From the IMG/VR virus record IMGVR_UViG_3300025536_000011: a DNA stretch of 64,000 nucleotides; one strand, 5' to 3'. A program made the position numbers and the translations under genes. Positions 37,198-47,865 of the stretch are shown piece by piece (position 1 is the stretch's first letter; every line of letters begins with the position of its first letter). The stretch is from a virus. The notes under the pieces were generated by a model that ran no database searches, was not told where the DNA came from, and saw nothing but the letters and a program-made list of their open reading frames with translations.

Positions 37198-38090
37198 TAA
37201 TATCCTATCACGTCCAATATTTCTTGTGCTCGATGCACATACATATGATTTTCCAGCACTCTCTTCTGACCAGCGGCTCTAACCTGATCTAAATATTGTT
37301 GATCTCTTAAGAGACTATCGCATTTTGCAATTAAATCCTTTGAATCTTGATAAGTTAAGCAGTCTATGCCCGGAATAAATAAGTCGCCCAATGCTTCTGC
37401 GTCCTCAAAAATAGTTAACGATCCGGCAGCAGGAGCCTCTAGGCCACGCATTGACATTAATCCTTTTCCGCCGCCAGCAATATCATTGATCACGATTTTA
37501 CAGGACGCGAGTGCATCAATATACGCTTCGCGGAATACCCCTGTTATCAAGTGTGCATTAATATTTGCGGCTCGAAGATCCGCGATAAGTGCTTGTCTTT
37601 CTGGTCGGTCGGAGCCAACTAGGCCGACATCATATTGCTTCGCAAAGTTAAGTGGCCTAATAAACTGTGGAGCCGCTGCGTATGGAAGGAACGATGCGGC
37701 TTTAAAGAGCCGCAAATAGTTAGGATTAGCACAAAACACATGTGCCGCATCAATAGACTCGGCATATTGCTTACAATGCTCTGGATACATGCTTATATCG
37801 AAGCACCAGTAGGCTATCTTTTTAGGATTAAGATATTTGGGCTGAATAATTGAATTTTCAGCATCGTTTGTTTCCATCGCCAACCACAGGTCCGGCTGAA
37901 ACTTATAATGACCATATAATTCACGGAAGCCTGGTCCTATTAAATCATTACTTTCATATATATTGCCATATTCAAAGACTTCATGGCCAAGTTCACGAAA
38001 TGCTTCTGAGATTAGGTGCCCTGTCTCAAAACCTCTAATATTAGGTGAGCCTCGGTACGAGACTAGTACCCGCATTTTTATTCCTTTCAT
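37197..38090 (-). CDS. CgeB/Glyco_trans_1_2-like GT-B glycosyltransferase
   Basis: FLPYAA, YDVGLVGS..ER, KIVIN, MRGLEA, AGQKRVLENHMYVHRA. Confidence 0.8.
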   Translation of the reverse strand: MKGIKMRVLVSYRGSPNIRGFETGHLISEAFRELGHEVFEYGNIYESNDLIGPGFRELYGHYKFQPDLWLAMETNDAENSIIQPKYLNPKKIAYWCFDISMYPEHCKQYAESIDAAHVFCANPNYLRLFKAASFLPYAAAPQFIRPLNFAKQYDVGLVGSDRPERQALIADLRAANINAHLITGVFREAYIDALASCKIVINDIAGGGKGLMSMRGLEAPAAGSLTIFEDAEALGDLFIPGIDCLTYQDSKDLIAKCDSLLRDQQYLDQVRAAGQKRVLENHMYVHRAQEILDVIGY

Positions 38091-38757
38091 AAAGCATCAC
38101 GGCCTGTTTACTTCCCCAAGGGGTAACTCCAAGTAATGTCACTTTTTCAAGATTCTCTTTAATCCAACGATCAACATCTCGCTTCACCGGGAGGCAAAGC
38201 TCTAGAGTATGGCCCGGAAATATTCTTTGTTGGCCACCACCAAATATTTCTAAGTCATCTACGATAATTATCGCCTGATCGGCGAGATACTGCTCATACT
38301 TTTTAAGTCCCTCATAAGTATGCCCAGAATCATGATTTCCATCATAGAAGAAAACCCCAATTGGCGGTAAACCGCCAATAAACTCCTCGCACGCTATCTT
38401 ATGTAATGTAATTCTACCACGCAGCGAGAAATCGTCTACGGCCTGATTCCATCCGGCTAACACCTTATCTCCATCACAAAAATTATCAATTACTTGTGCC
38501 TTAGCATTATTCTGATAAAGAGCACCGACTAGGCTACGCCCACAAAAAGTGCCTATCTCCAAATACTGCTCGCCTTCGGCGAGGCATTCTGTTACAGCAA
38601 TGTTAATGAGGCCACAAAGGGCCTCACAACTCCAGCCACCGGATTTTTGTGCCACATCTATAAAATGTTGGTTGCACTTCTGCTCAAATAAGGCTCTTTG
38701 AGCCGCATTATATTCTATACCTGGGAATAAAGATAGAAACTTGTCTGGATTAGCCAT
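38041..38757 (-). CDS. Methyltransf_24-like SAM methyltransferase
   Basis: YLEIGTFCGRS, FFYDGNH, IIVDD. Confidence 0.82.
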   Translation of the reverse strand: MANPDKFLSLFPGIEYNAAQRALFEQKCNQHFIDVAQKSGGWSCEALCGLINIAVTECLAEGEQYLEIGTFCGRSLVGALYQNNAKAQVIDNFCDGDKVLAGWNQAVDDFSLRGRITLHKIACEEFIGGLPPIGVFFYDGNHDSGHTYEGLKKYEQYLADQAIIIVDDLEIFGGGQQRIFPGHTLELCLPVKRDVDRWIKENLEKVTLLGVTPWGSKQAVMLYERNKNAGTSLVPRLT

Positions 38758-38952
38758 TTATATCCCCTGATAATGAGAGCACACGTTCGTCCTGATCCAT
38801 AATTTTTGAATTACTCTCTTAAGTTGAGAGTTCACATTTTCTATTCTTGTTTTTTCACGAAACAATCTATCATGATCATTACATAATCTCGGAAGAAATG
38901 GATGTTCTTCGCATAAAATGCAGCCGCAAGATATAGACTTGATAAGCATTTT

Positions 38953-39945
38953 TTACCTCCAAACCTTAGTCTCTAATAGGTCCATCCTCAATAAACCTTC
39001 ATTAATCGCAAATACCATCCTTTGAGCAATTTTATCCCAGGTAAATCTCTCACAGTATTCGATAGCATTCTGAGATATTTGCCTCACTAATTCTGGATCT
39101 TCTGATAAAAACTTAACTGTATTAGTTATAGCGAACATATTGTCTGGTGGAATAATAAAGCCATTATAGCCACTTAAAATATAATCCACGGCTCCATAGT
39201 AAGTGCAGATAGGTATGCAGCCGCAAATCATAGCTTCCTTTGGAATTGTAGGGCTTCCCGCCAGTCGGCTCGCGTCTATATAAACGTGTGATTGCTTAAA
39301 AATATTAGCTACAAGTTTACGATCTCGAACGCCATCTGGAATAACATTTATTTTAAATTTTTTAGGATCTAGCCCATTAACTGCCTGTAAGGCAGTATCA
39401 ACCCCTCTAATCCAGCCTCCTCGATTAAAAATGGCAATATTAAGTATTCCACCATCATATTCTGTTCTACCAATATCATTAAAAATATTATCGTCTACGC
39501 CAGGTGGCACAGTCAGACCAATAACGTTACGATTATAAACTTGCTCCATTAATATTTGGAGATAGCTTGAAACACACATTAATTTCAGTGGCAACTTATA
39601 TGAATCTATAGCTCTTTTTGTCCACTCTTGCCCATTGTAAGTGAAGAGTCCCTCATTCGCGTGTACGAGAAAGAATCTATCCTGAGAGTTTTTATGAGTA
39701 GCCACTAATTCCGCCACAGGTGAGAATATGCAAACTAAAATACCGTCATACTCTTCCCATATATTACTGCCGATAGGATATATTGGAAAATCTGCATGTA
39801 GCCACAGACTTTGATATGGTGGATGCTTTACAAAACAACATACATCATGGCCTAACTTTTTAAGCTCATTTAAAACATAAATAGTATGCTGTAAGCCACC
39901 AGATACATAATCTGCTATTGCTTCTGTAACGATGGCTATCTTCAT
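38953..39945 (-). CDS. GT4 (GT-B) glycosyltransferase
   Basis: SGG, L.KLGHDV, VSSYL, PPGVD..F, EAMICG, NGFIIPP. Confidence 0.85.
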   Translation of the reverse strand: MKIAIVTEAIADYVSGGLQHTIYVLNELKKLGHDVCCFVKHPPYQSLWLHADFPIYPIGSNIWEEYDGILVCIFSPVAELVATHKNSQDRFFLVHANEGLFTYNGQEWTKRAIDSYKLPLKLMCVSSYLQILMEQVYNRNVIGLTVPPGVDDNIFNDIGRTEYDGGILNIAIFNRGGWIRGVDTALQAVNGLDPKKFKINVIPDGVRDRKLVANIFKQSHVYIDASRLAGSPTIPKEAMICGCIPICTYYGAVDYILSGYNGFIIPPDNMFAITNTVKFLSEDPELVRQISQNAIEYCERFTWDKIAQRMVFAINEGLLRMDLLETKVWR

Positions 39946-39946
39946 T

Positions 39947-40201
39947 TTAAACTAACCTTTCTATAGTGATGCGTCCTAGAGATGTATCATGCATAGCAAC
40001 AAACATTTTGTGAGTTTTTGCAAACTCAGCGACAGCTTTCGGTATATTTTTATCTTTATAATTTATTGTCACACTAGATTCAGTCATACAACAATCCACG
40101 TCGGCAAAGTCGGCAAACCAACCAAACCCCTTCTCTCCAAGAAAGTTAATAAGTTCCATTTTAACAGCCAGTATAGCCGTATCAAATACCGAGTCCATCA
40201 T
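39947..40201 (-). CDS. Hypothetical protein
   Basis: Packed ORF. Confidence 0.4.
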   Translation of the reverse strand: MMDSVFDTAILAVKMELINFLGEKGFGWFADFADVDCCMTESSVTINYKDKNIPKAVAEFAKTHKMFVAMHDTSLGRITIERLV

Positions 40202-41267
40202 AAATTGTCTCTAGTTGTTGTGTTACGTTAAGTGCATATGAATTATGCAGCCATTTATTATAGGACTTGATGCCCAAGTCCCCTCTAAGGGGTTTATTAT
40301 TAATTAACTCTTCCAAACATGAGGCGTATGCTACATGATCGTCTATTGGTACTACTATACCACATCCGGCCAGTATTTCAAGGTGCCCGTTGTATATCCT
40401 ACTCTTATGAGAGACAACAGGTAAACAATGAGCCATAGCCTCTAATATATTAGTTGGACACACTTCCCCGTCATGTCGGCAATGAGCTAGTATGTTTATT
40501 GAACTATAAAATCTAGATAGTTCCATATCCTCAACAATCTTATCTAAAAAAATAACATGCTTTAAATTTAACTCGGCAGTAACTCTTCGCCATTGGTCAC
40601 ACGGGTTGACCACTAAATAATAAACATTTGGATACTTATTTTCAATGACCCGAAAAGCCTTTAGGCTTATCGGGTCAAAGTTATCTGGTCTGCCAACTCT
40701 GCCTAATAATATTGCATTTTCAGGTAAATTATACTCCCTTAAAAAGGGAGTGCGATCATAAGATGACCAAAGGCGTGGCTCTACCGGATTCCACAATACT
40801 GGACCATCTGGACCTCCATACGCCATAGACTTATTCTTAATATAATTGCAGATATAAATGCGGCAATCGACTTTATAACTATGGTCCACATGGCCAAAAA
40901 TACAATGTTCTACAACTTTAATTCCTGGTGGGATAACCCCTTGGATGAGCGGCCATTCACGAATCCCCGCTCTATGAATATGTATGATGTCTGGCTTTAT
41001 TTTTTCGAGCGTAGCTTGAAAGTTATCTTCTTCTGGCCAATAAGGTGACGGAGGGTTTATCTGATGCTTATGGTGATATTCAATTAGATGCTCCGCGTCC
41101 AAGAATTTGGATATCTCACTTAATCGAGATTTATCTCCAGAATCCTGATAAAGATAAAATGGCTCATATCTTTGACTTTTACCCAGATACTTGCAAAACG
41201 TTTGAGCGACTTTTTCCGTACCAGCATACCCTGCTGTTTTTGCTAGATGTAACACCCTAACCTTCAT
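40182..41267 (-). CDS. GT4 glycosyltransferase
   Basis: RVLHL..GYAGTEK, PDIIHIHR, LGRVGRPD, HCRHDGEV...ILEAM..LPVVS. Confidence 0.88.
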   Translation of the reverse strand: MKVRVLHLAKTAGYAGTEKVAQTFCKYLGKSQRYEPFYLYQDSGDKSRLSEISKFLDAEHLIEYHHKHQINPPSPYWPEEDNFQATLEKIKPDIIHIHRAGIREWPLIQGVIPPGIKVVEHCIFGHVDHSYKVDCRIYICNYIKNKSMAYGGPDGPVLWNPVEPRLWSSYDRTPFLREYNLPENAILLGRVGRPDNFDPISLKAFRVIENKYPNVYYLVVNPCDQWRRVTAELNLKHVIFLDKIVEDMELSRFYSSINILAHCRHDGEVCPTNILEAMAHCLPVVSHKSRIYNGHLEILAGCGIVVPIDDHVAYASCLEELINNKPLRGDLGIKSYNKWLHNSYALNVTQQLETIYDGLGI

Positions 41268-42381
41268 AGAATAATCTACTTTCTTCAAAAGAAGCTGCTG
41301 GCCCTATATATTTAAATCCAACAGTATCTCTATTAAGTTTTTGTAACCAGGCACCGTTTTGATTACTCCCACTAAGTAACTTAGATGTTTCACTAAATTT
41401 AGTAGATTTGGCTCCAATCTCTGCCCAAAGGTCATTATGTTTCCTATTGTAGGAGATCACGGCAGGATGAGCTATTCTACGATAAAATAGCCCATTTCTT
41501 GCCTTGATAAGACTCCCCATATAATCTGCTAATTTACCGCCAAAGCCAAGCCCCTGATAATCTGGCAACACAACCATCCTAGTGGCTCGCCATGCATTTT
41601 TTAATTTCGGATGTGGCAAAGCGAGTATGGCTATAAAACCTACCGGAACATCATTCCAAGTACACATGAAACACCTGGCCGCTTTATTTAAAGTCTCACT
41701 TAAATAGTGATGCGATTTAAAATATTCCCACGCTGCATACTTACAACGAAAGATTTCAAGATCCAGTTTGGGTCTACAAAGACTCCCCCTTGGATAATAT
41801 GTCTCTCCACTAACAGGATTATAAATCCAGTCCGGCTCTAACCATTCTAAGATATCATTGTGACATGACGCCACAATAACTTTTTTGTTCTGTTTACGTA
41901 TATACTTCGCAAGTGCATATGATGCAGACTTAGCTACGTTTCTATCCACCACAGAAGTAAATTCGTCTATTAAAATAGGATCATTATTTTGCATTACTAC
42001 ACGAGCTAGGTCCGCTCTAAACTGTTCGCCATTACTTAAGTAAGTATATGGTCTGAGCCATGCGGGGACTGTTGATAATCCTACTGCACTTAATAATGCG
42101 AAAACTTCTTGTGGAGCGATAGGAGAAAAATTAGATACTATTGCCTCGTTGTTCCAAGACGGCTTAATAATTTTGCCGAAGGTTTTTAATAGCGTTGTTT
42201 TACCAGTACCAGAAGACCCGTAAATAACTCCAACATTCCACGCTGATGTTGGCAATTGAATATTATTTTTAATTGTAGTAACAGATTCATCTTGCTTCGC
42301 GAGATCGTAAAACTTAGATACTGCCTCGGTATAAGTGTCGTGTCTAATAGGATGTTTTAATATAATATTATCCACTAGCAA
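41257..42381 (-). CDS. ABC-type ATPase fused to GNAT acetyltransferase
   Basis: Walker A GSSGTGKT, signature LSNGEQFR, Walker B ILIDEF, H-loop ASCH; GNAT motif A RMVVLPDYQGLGFG. Confidence 0.88.
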   Translation of the reverse strand: MLVDNIILKHPIRHDTYTEAVSKFYDLAKQDESVTTIKNNIQLPTSAWNVGVIYGSSGTGKTTLLKTFGKIIKPSWNNEAIVSNFSPIAPQEVFALLSAVGLSTVPAWLRPYTYLSNGEQFRADLARVVMQNNDPILIDEFTSVVDRNVAKSASYALAKYIRKQNKKVIVASCHNDILEWLEPDWIYNPVSGETYYPRGSLCRPKLDLEIFRCKYAAWEYFKSHHYLSETLNKAARCFMCTWNDVPVGFIAILALPHPKLKNAWRATRMVVLPDYQGLGFGGKLADYMGSLIKARNGLFYRRIAHPAVISYNRKHNDLWAEIGAKSTKFSETSKLLSGSNQNGAWLQKLNRDTVGFKYIGPAASFEESRLFYEG

Positions 42382-43186
42382 GCTCCATATAAATACGTTC
42401 TAATTTATCCCACTTTCTATGTAGTCCATGAGGAATAATGGTTTTTAATATCTTGTATATATTCATCACCCTATTACTATTAATCCTATATTCAAAGCAA
42501 TTTTCGTCACCATATTTTCTAACGCTAGATACCGAACAGTTAGAAGAAGGAACTATGGTATCAAAAATAAACTTAATCCAATTTAAAGTAGATTCAGTAC
42601 CAGTAATAGCTAAAACAATATCTTTATTATTACAATAAACACATCCATCGCCGTCAATGTAACCCTTAATAAAAGACAATTCCTGATCTCTCGTTAGTTG
42701 GTTAGGATGAGTAAAATTAAGTGATTTACATGGCGTAATATTAAAATTATCTTTTAAATCTTTGACCCATTGTTGTACCCCATAAAATATAATTCTATAT
42801 TGTTTTTGGTTAGTCTGAAACCCTGGTTTAGTTTTGCGAAGTTCTATTTTACCATCATAATTAACAGCCTGTGCAAATTGCTCTAATAGATATTTGTCTT
42901 TCTCTTGCAATCCTATTTCAACAGCATCGCCACGCTTCCAAATACAACCATCTGCCGCTAACAGACCTGCCCAATAACAATTGTTAATATTTGGTATGTG
43001 AAAATAATCTATATTAGTATGATATTTTCTTATAGAGATTTTATTTAAATTTAAAAATCTTCCACGACATTGTATAGAGCCTATAGATCTACCTAATTGA
43101 ACAGATAGTTGTTTATTGGAATATGATGGGTAATTTGTTAATAAAAACTGATCTTCTTCCTGGGTCCAAAATTTATAGATATTCAT
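42368..43186 (-). mobile_element. Free-standing LAGLIDADG homing endonuclease with Myb-like N-terminus
   Basis: FWTQEEDQFL, YWAGLLAADG, FIKGYIDGDG, RKW; visibly more AT-rich than its flanks. Confidence 0.88.
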
Positions 43187-44256
43187 TTTCCTATTAATGT
43201 AAGATATATCGCTTCTAATTTTCTGACGCTAACAGGCGTATGACAATTATTTAGCACTTTATTATATCCCATATTTCCCATTTTATTTCTTAATTCTTTA
43301 TCATTAGCAAGTTTAATAATAGCGTCGGCATAATTTCGTGAATTATGATCTACCACAAAGCCATTAATATTATCATTCACAGCCTCTATCTGTGCTTGAA
43401 ACACGCCCATTCCAGGATAACTAGGAACAGCTATATGCGTGATTACCGGCTTTCTATGTATAAACGCTTCATGAATTGTATTCCCTCCGGTCTCACCATC
43501 TGCTCTGGCGTGACAATAAATATCCACCGTATTATAAAACTTACTTAATATAAACGGATCTACCGTTGGCTCGATTGCTTTGTAAGCAATATTATATTTT
43601 TCAAGATCCTCAATCATTCGTGGCGGTGGGGCCACTACTAAATAAAATAGATTAACGCCCATGCTCTTAGCTATATATGCGGCCTTGACTGCTATATCGT
43701 CATAAATCCCATCGTCAGCACGGCCGCATCTGCCCAAAACAATAGTACCTTCTGACACTCCTAAATCCAGTTTCTCGGCTGAGTATGGCCTATCTACTGG
43801 ATTATTTAAATAATCCCAACGGTCTGGCCGCATGAATTTAAATTGTGGGTATTTAGCCAATGTATCGTTCATTAGCCACTGACTCATGAAAAGTGATTTA
43901 GTAACTAATGGATTTTGGTCTAATTGTCCGAAAACATTCACTTCACAGAACACTTTTGGGTGAATGTCCTGTCCGGGCACAGGGAACTCATGGAATCCGC
44001 TCCTATAAACCTGAACTATATCTGGGTTTATCTCATTGAGCTTAGCTGCGGCTTCCTCTTTTGAAGCGACCATAAACATCTTAGTGCCGAAGGCACTTAA
44101 AAATTCCATGTAACGAGGGTCTGTCTTTTTACCTAGTGTAACAAAAGTAACATCAAATTTTGACTTATCAATTCCTCTAAAACATAAAAGTGCAGACTTC
44201 TCTGTTCCGCCAAGTCCCATATTACTAAGATATAGGCAAACTTTTATTTTGTCCAC
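43183..44256 (-). CDS. GT4 glycosyltransferase (paralog of 40182..41267)
   Basis: GLGGTEK, PDIVQVYR, LGRCGRAD, HARADGETGG..IHEA..KPVITH. Confidence 0.88.
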   Translation of the reverse strand: MDKIKVCLYLSNMGLGGTEKSALLCFRGIDKSKFDVTFVTLGKKTDPRYMEFLSAFGTKMFMVASKEEAAAKLNEINPDIVQVYRSGFHEFPVPGQDIHPKVFCEVNVFGQLDQNPLVTKSLFMSQWLMNDTLAKYPQFKFMRPDRWDYLNNPVDRPYSAEKLDLGVSEGTIVLGRCGRADDGIYDDIAVKAAYIAKSMGVNLFYLVVAPPPRMIEDLEKYNIAYKAIEPTVDPFILSKFYNTVDIYCHARADGETGGNTIHEAFIHRKPVITHIAVPSYPGMGVFQAQIEAVNDNINGFVVDHNSRNYADAIIKLANDKELRNKMGNMGYNKVLNNCHTPVSVRKLEAIYLTLIGK

Positions 44257-45089
44257 GCTTCGCCTTTCTTCCGTTTAGCTATCCATTCCTCCTTTGGAGG
44301 CAAATTATTAAAATCTTTAAACTCTGGAAATTCACTAGGAAGTGAGTTAGGAAAGAATTCTGCTATCGAAGATAATGCCTCGAATGTATTTTTCTGTGGG
44401 CTTCTATTCTCAATAGAATCGACCCTCTGCATATAAATAGTCAATATTTCAGGAATAGTATATCCTTTAGCACCAATATTTAAGAAGTATAACCAAGCCC
44501 AATAATCCCAAGCTGATTGATGTTCCAATGCACGCTTCCACATCAGATCCCAATCTAAAACAGCTTTAAATTCTAAACTATTGCTCCAACAAACTTGTGG
44601 TCCAGCAGTACACTCATATTTAAATCGCTCATAATTAAAAGGTGGCTTCAATGCCTGATGCATAAGATTGCCATTTTTATCAACAACTTGCCAGCCAGCA
44701 TAACAAAACCAATATGGAGCATCTGATCGCAAGCTAAGGGTTTGCATAGTATTATAAAACACTTCTGTAAATCTTGGAAAATGGCTATCGTCTACATTAC
44801 TATTAACTATATATTCGCCTTCTGCTATTTTCCATCCATTTAACCACGCTGATCCATAACTACCATAATCTGGAGTAGTTAGTAGTCGCACGCGGCTATC
44901 CTTTTTTACCCACTTGTCAGCCACGTCACCGTCGTAAGAAGGCGACGTGGGATTAATTACTATTATCTCGAAATTTGGATCTGTCTGATTATATAATAAA
45001 TCAGGAATGTGCTTGTCAAGAAATGATGGCGTATTATAAGTTGATACTAAGTATGATATTTTAGGACACATATAATTTATGCTCCGCAA
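44244..45089 (-). CDS. GT2 glycosyltransferase
   Basis: PKISYLVSTYN, QT...FEIIVI, AWLNG...A.GEY..NSNVDD, WDY. Confidence 0.85.
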   Translation of the reverse strand: MRSINYMCPKISYLVSTYNTPSFLDKHIPDLLYNQTDPNFEIIVINPTSPSYDGDVADKWVKKDSRVRLLTTPDYGSYGSAWLNGWKIAEGEYIVNSNVDDSHFPRFTEVFYNTMQTLSLRSDAPYWFCYAGWQVVDKNGNLMHQALKPPFNYERFKYECTAGPQVCWSNSLEFKAVLDWDLMWKRALEHQSAWDYWAWLYFLNIGAKGYTIPEILTIYMQRVDSIENRSPQKNTFEALSSIAEFFPNSLPSEFPEFKDFNNLPPKEEWIAKRKKGEAWTK

Positions 45090-45660
45090 TATATTTAGCT
45101 ACCGGATCTGGCAAATATCCATAATCACCTTCACGAATTTTAGTGCTACGTGCAGGAGGCGTCACTATGTCGGTATTAACTCTATACTTAAGTTGCCGTA
45201 GGCAATCATTCTCCTCAAGCGGGATTCCTTCCCTAATAACTATATCGAACATAAAAGAGCATTGTTCACCAAACATCCATGCTCCCTCTCGGGTGCATTC
45301 GTTCATAACGTCTGAGCTAATTCTATAAGTAAATTGCTTTTGTGGTTTAAGAGATTTTAAAAGCTGATCCTTCTCGGCACATGTTTTTGCGGCAGTCACC
45401 AGGACCGGCTTATTACATAGCTCCCACATTTTAATTCTATGATAAACATCCATCGGGTCCAATGGCCCCTTAAAATAATGATTGATACAAATCTCTGGGA
45501 GTGCATCTTTTGCCATTAAAAGATGTGCTCTGTGGGGAGGATTAAATGAGCCAGGATAAATTACATCGAAATATCCAAGATGACTCTTAATATCTACTAT
45601 CTTGTCGCCATAAAAGATCATCGGGCCATACTCGTTAATGATATTAAGTAAGATGCTCAT
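45061..45660 (-). CDS. HxGH-type nucleotidyltransferase (NadD/cytidylyltransferase-like)
   Basis: YPGSFNPPHRAH, RSTKIR, LPDPVAKYIAEHKLY. Confidence 0.8.
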   Translation of the reverse strand: MSILLNIINEYGPMIFYGDKIVDIKSHLGYFDVIYPGSFNPPHRAHLLMAKDALPEICINHYFKGPLDPMDVYHRIKMWELCNKPVLVTAAKTCAEKDQLLKSLKPQKQFTYRISSDVMNECTREGAWMFGEQCSFMFDIVIREGIPLEENDCLRQLKYRVNTDIVTPPARSTKIREGDYGYLPDPVAKYIAEHKLYVS

Positions 45661-46589
45661 TACGATAACCCGACCTCTTGAAATATAGCTGTCAACCTAT
45701 GCTTCCATAGGTGCTCTTTTTGCACCCTTTGATATCCAGCCTCGGCAATCGCGTTGCGTTCATCGTCATGCTCCAAATAATATTTAATCTTTGTAAGCAT
45801 CTCTGGCATACTATTAACAATAACAATTTCCTTATTTGGAACAAAATATTCCTCTAAATTATCAGCCGAAGTACAAAGTTGAAATCCTCCGGCTGCCAGT
45901 ATATCTACGTGCCGCCCCTTAATTTGGGGCAAGCCACCTTGAGACGGATTTGAAAAATTCAAGTTAATTTTTGATAGATGGAACACTTTAATCATATCGT
46001 CGGACTCTAAAAGTTCGCACTTACTATCTGGATAGCCTTCCCAGAATTCTCCAAATAAATGTACCTTAATACCGGCTTGAATGAGCATGGAAACGATTGT
46101 CCCGCGTATACCATGTCTCTGCCCAAGAAAGCTCGTATCAAATGGTTGATAGCCCGTCTCTGCTTTATAGTATAATGGAGAACCAGCCCACTGAGACTTG
46201 ATAACATTCATGCCATTAGACTTATACCAGGGAATTGTACTGTTGTGAGTAGTCACAAAATGAGATACCCGATGCTTACGCGGCAAGATCCAGTCTTGGA
46301 ACCGAAAAGACGCATCACAATCAAACTGAATAACTGGTATGTCATTAGCCAAAGCTTTTAGTGCTTCTGCTTCTGGTAGATCATAATTCCCATTAAAAGC
46401 TACATGAAAAATTGCGTCATATCCTCCCTGCGGAAAGGACTCGTTATTGTCGGGATGCCAATACATAGCGTCGAATAAACCTTCGGCTTGACATTGTTTA
46501 AAGCCGGCCTCTATATGACGATATTCATACGAAGTGCCTTTTTCTTGCATCCCATAGTGCCACATTAATCCCGCGTATAGGACTCGCAT
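45660..46589 (-). CDS. CgeB/Glyco_trans_1_2-like GT-B glycosyltransferase
   Basis: DTSFLGQ.HG.R, SKINLNF, QIKGR..DI.A.GGFQL, YF.P.KEI, IAEAGYQRV..EHLW..R. Confidence 0.85.
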   Translation of the reverse strand: MRVLYAGLMWHYGMQEKGTSYEYRHIEAGFKQCQAEGLFDAMYWHPDNNESFPQGGYDAIFHVAFNGNYDLPEAEALKALANDIPVIQFDCDASFRFQDWILPRKHRVSHFVTTHNSTIPWYKSNGMNVIKSQWAGSPLYYKAETGYQPFDTSFLGQRHGIRGTIVSMLIQAGIKVHLFGEFWEGYPDSKCELLESDDMIKVFHLSKINLNFSNPSQGGLPQIKGRHVDILAAGGFQLCTSADNLEEYFVPNKEIVIVNSMPEMLTKIKYYLEHDDERNAIAEAGYQRVQKEHLWKHRLTAIFQEVGLS

Positions 46590-47044
46590 AGTGCAAACGC
46601 TTTCTCTGCCATTTCTTTGCAGTCAAATGCCCAATCAATGCCGCCGATTTCATCGGCGGCAATCCACTTATAATCTACTGCATCGTCGCCCAATTTTACT
46701 TCTGATGGTGACCAGTCTTTAAACTCTTCATGCATATTATATGGCGAAAAATATAGAATACTAATTGCTCTATCGCCTTCGGCTCTGTCCGGCCGATCAA
46801 AAATGCCCACTAATTTAAAACCGCAATAACCCGGATTATATTGATATCCTACTTCCTCATAAACTTCCCTACAAGCACATTCAATACATGTCTCGTTTGG
46901 ATCTAAATTACCGCCCGGAAATGCCCATTTACCAGCTTCGAGACCGGGGCCTCTTTTAATTATTAAGAGCTTACCCTGATGTTCAATAGCCATATCACAG
47001 GTTACTTTATAGCGAGGATATTTATATATATACATGTTATTCAT
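46565..47044 (-). CDS. Nudix hydrolase
   Basis: Nudix box GGNLDPNETCIECACREVYEEVG; GDDA; AFD. Confidence 0.92.
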   Translation of the reverse strand: MNNMYIYKYPRYKVTCDMAIEHQGKLLIIKRGPGLEAGKWAFPGGNLDPNETCIECACREVYEEVGYQYNPGYCGFKLVGIFDRPDRAEGDRAISILYFSPYNMHEEFKDWSPSEVKLGDDAVDYKWIAADEIGGIDWAFDCKEMAEKAFALCESYTRD

Positions 47045-47366
47045 ACTTTGGACATAATATACTACTCAAAGCTTCGTAATCACACTTTCTCAAAATTGCC
47101 CTAACTTTAAAAGCGTTATAAAGTCTCTTAATCGGATTAAACAACCAAGGCTTTTTTGTTCTAAAGACAGCACGGTTGGTAGCGTTTTGAAGTGAAATAT
47201 AAAATACATCAGGATAATGAGCAACGCCGCTCTCCGTTGGCTTCATAATAATTTCTAATATATCATGACGAAACAACACAATTCTTAATACGTCAGTTAA
47301 TTCAATAGTCTTAAGATCGCTATCTCTCTTACGACTGATATCATATGTTACAATGTTAGTTTTCAT
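47037..47366 (-). CDS. Hypothetical protein
   Basis: Coupled ORF. Confidence 0.4.
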   Translation of the reverse strand: MKTNIVTYDISRKRDSDLKTIELTDVLRIVLFRHDILEIIMKPTESGVAHYPDVFYISLQNATNRAVFRTKKPWLFNPIKRLYNAFKVRAILRKCDYEALSSILCPKYE

Positions 47367-47629
47367 TAGTTATTCCTAACTCTCAATCTTGTATTTTCGT
47401 CTTGTAATGCCTTCAATACTGCCACCACTTCTACTAATTTATCAGTTGATATTTTACATAACCCTTTATATCCATTAATTGCTACCTCATAAAATTTAAT
47501 AACCTCCACTAATAGTAGTATATGGTCATTTGCAGTAGCAAGTGCTTCTTCTAGTTTTTGAATTTCTTTATCTTTAGATTTATTGAACATTATTATCCTG
47601 TAATTCCCTGACCCGTTGTTGTAAGCCAT
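47366..47629 (-). CDS. Hypothetical coiled-coil protein
   Basis: Coupled ORF. Confidence 0.4.
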   Translation of the reverse strand: MAYNNGSGNYRIIMFNKSKDKEIQKLEEALATANDHILLLVEVIKFYEVAINGYKGLCKISTDKLVEVVAVLKALQDENTRLRVRNN

Positions 47630-47864
47630 TAATTTTTGCTCTTAATCCTATATTTTCCTCACATAAACCTGGATAATATTTAGAGTTTTGAGAAGTATAT
47701 TGCTGTTTTAGAGTGATATATTGTTTTTCTAGCTCTATAACCCTTTCTTGGTAGTCAGCTAATGCAATAGAAAATTCCATGTTCTTAATAAACCTATCTT
47801 CCCACGCTCTATTTAGAGCCAACAACATATCATAATCCCTAATTGCTCTAATCCATTTCAGCAT
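47580..47864 (-). CDS. Hypothetical coiled-coil protein
   Basis: Coupled ORF. Confidence 0.4.
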   Translation of the reverse strand: MLKWIRAIRDYDMLLALNRAWEDRFIKNMEFSIALADYQERVIELEKQYITLKQQYTSQNSKYYPGLCEENIGLRAKINGLQQRVRELQDNNVQ

Positions 47865-47865
47865 C

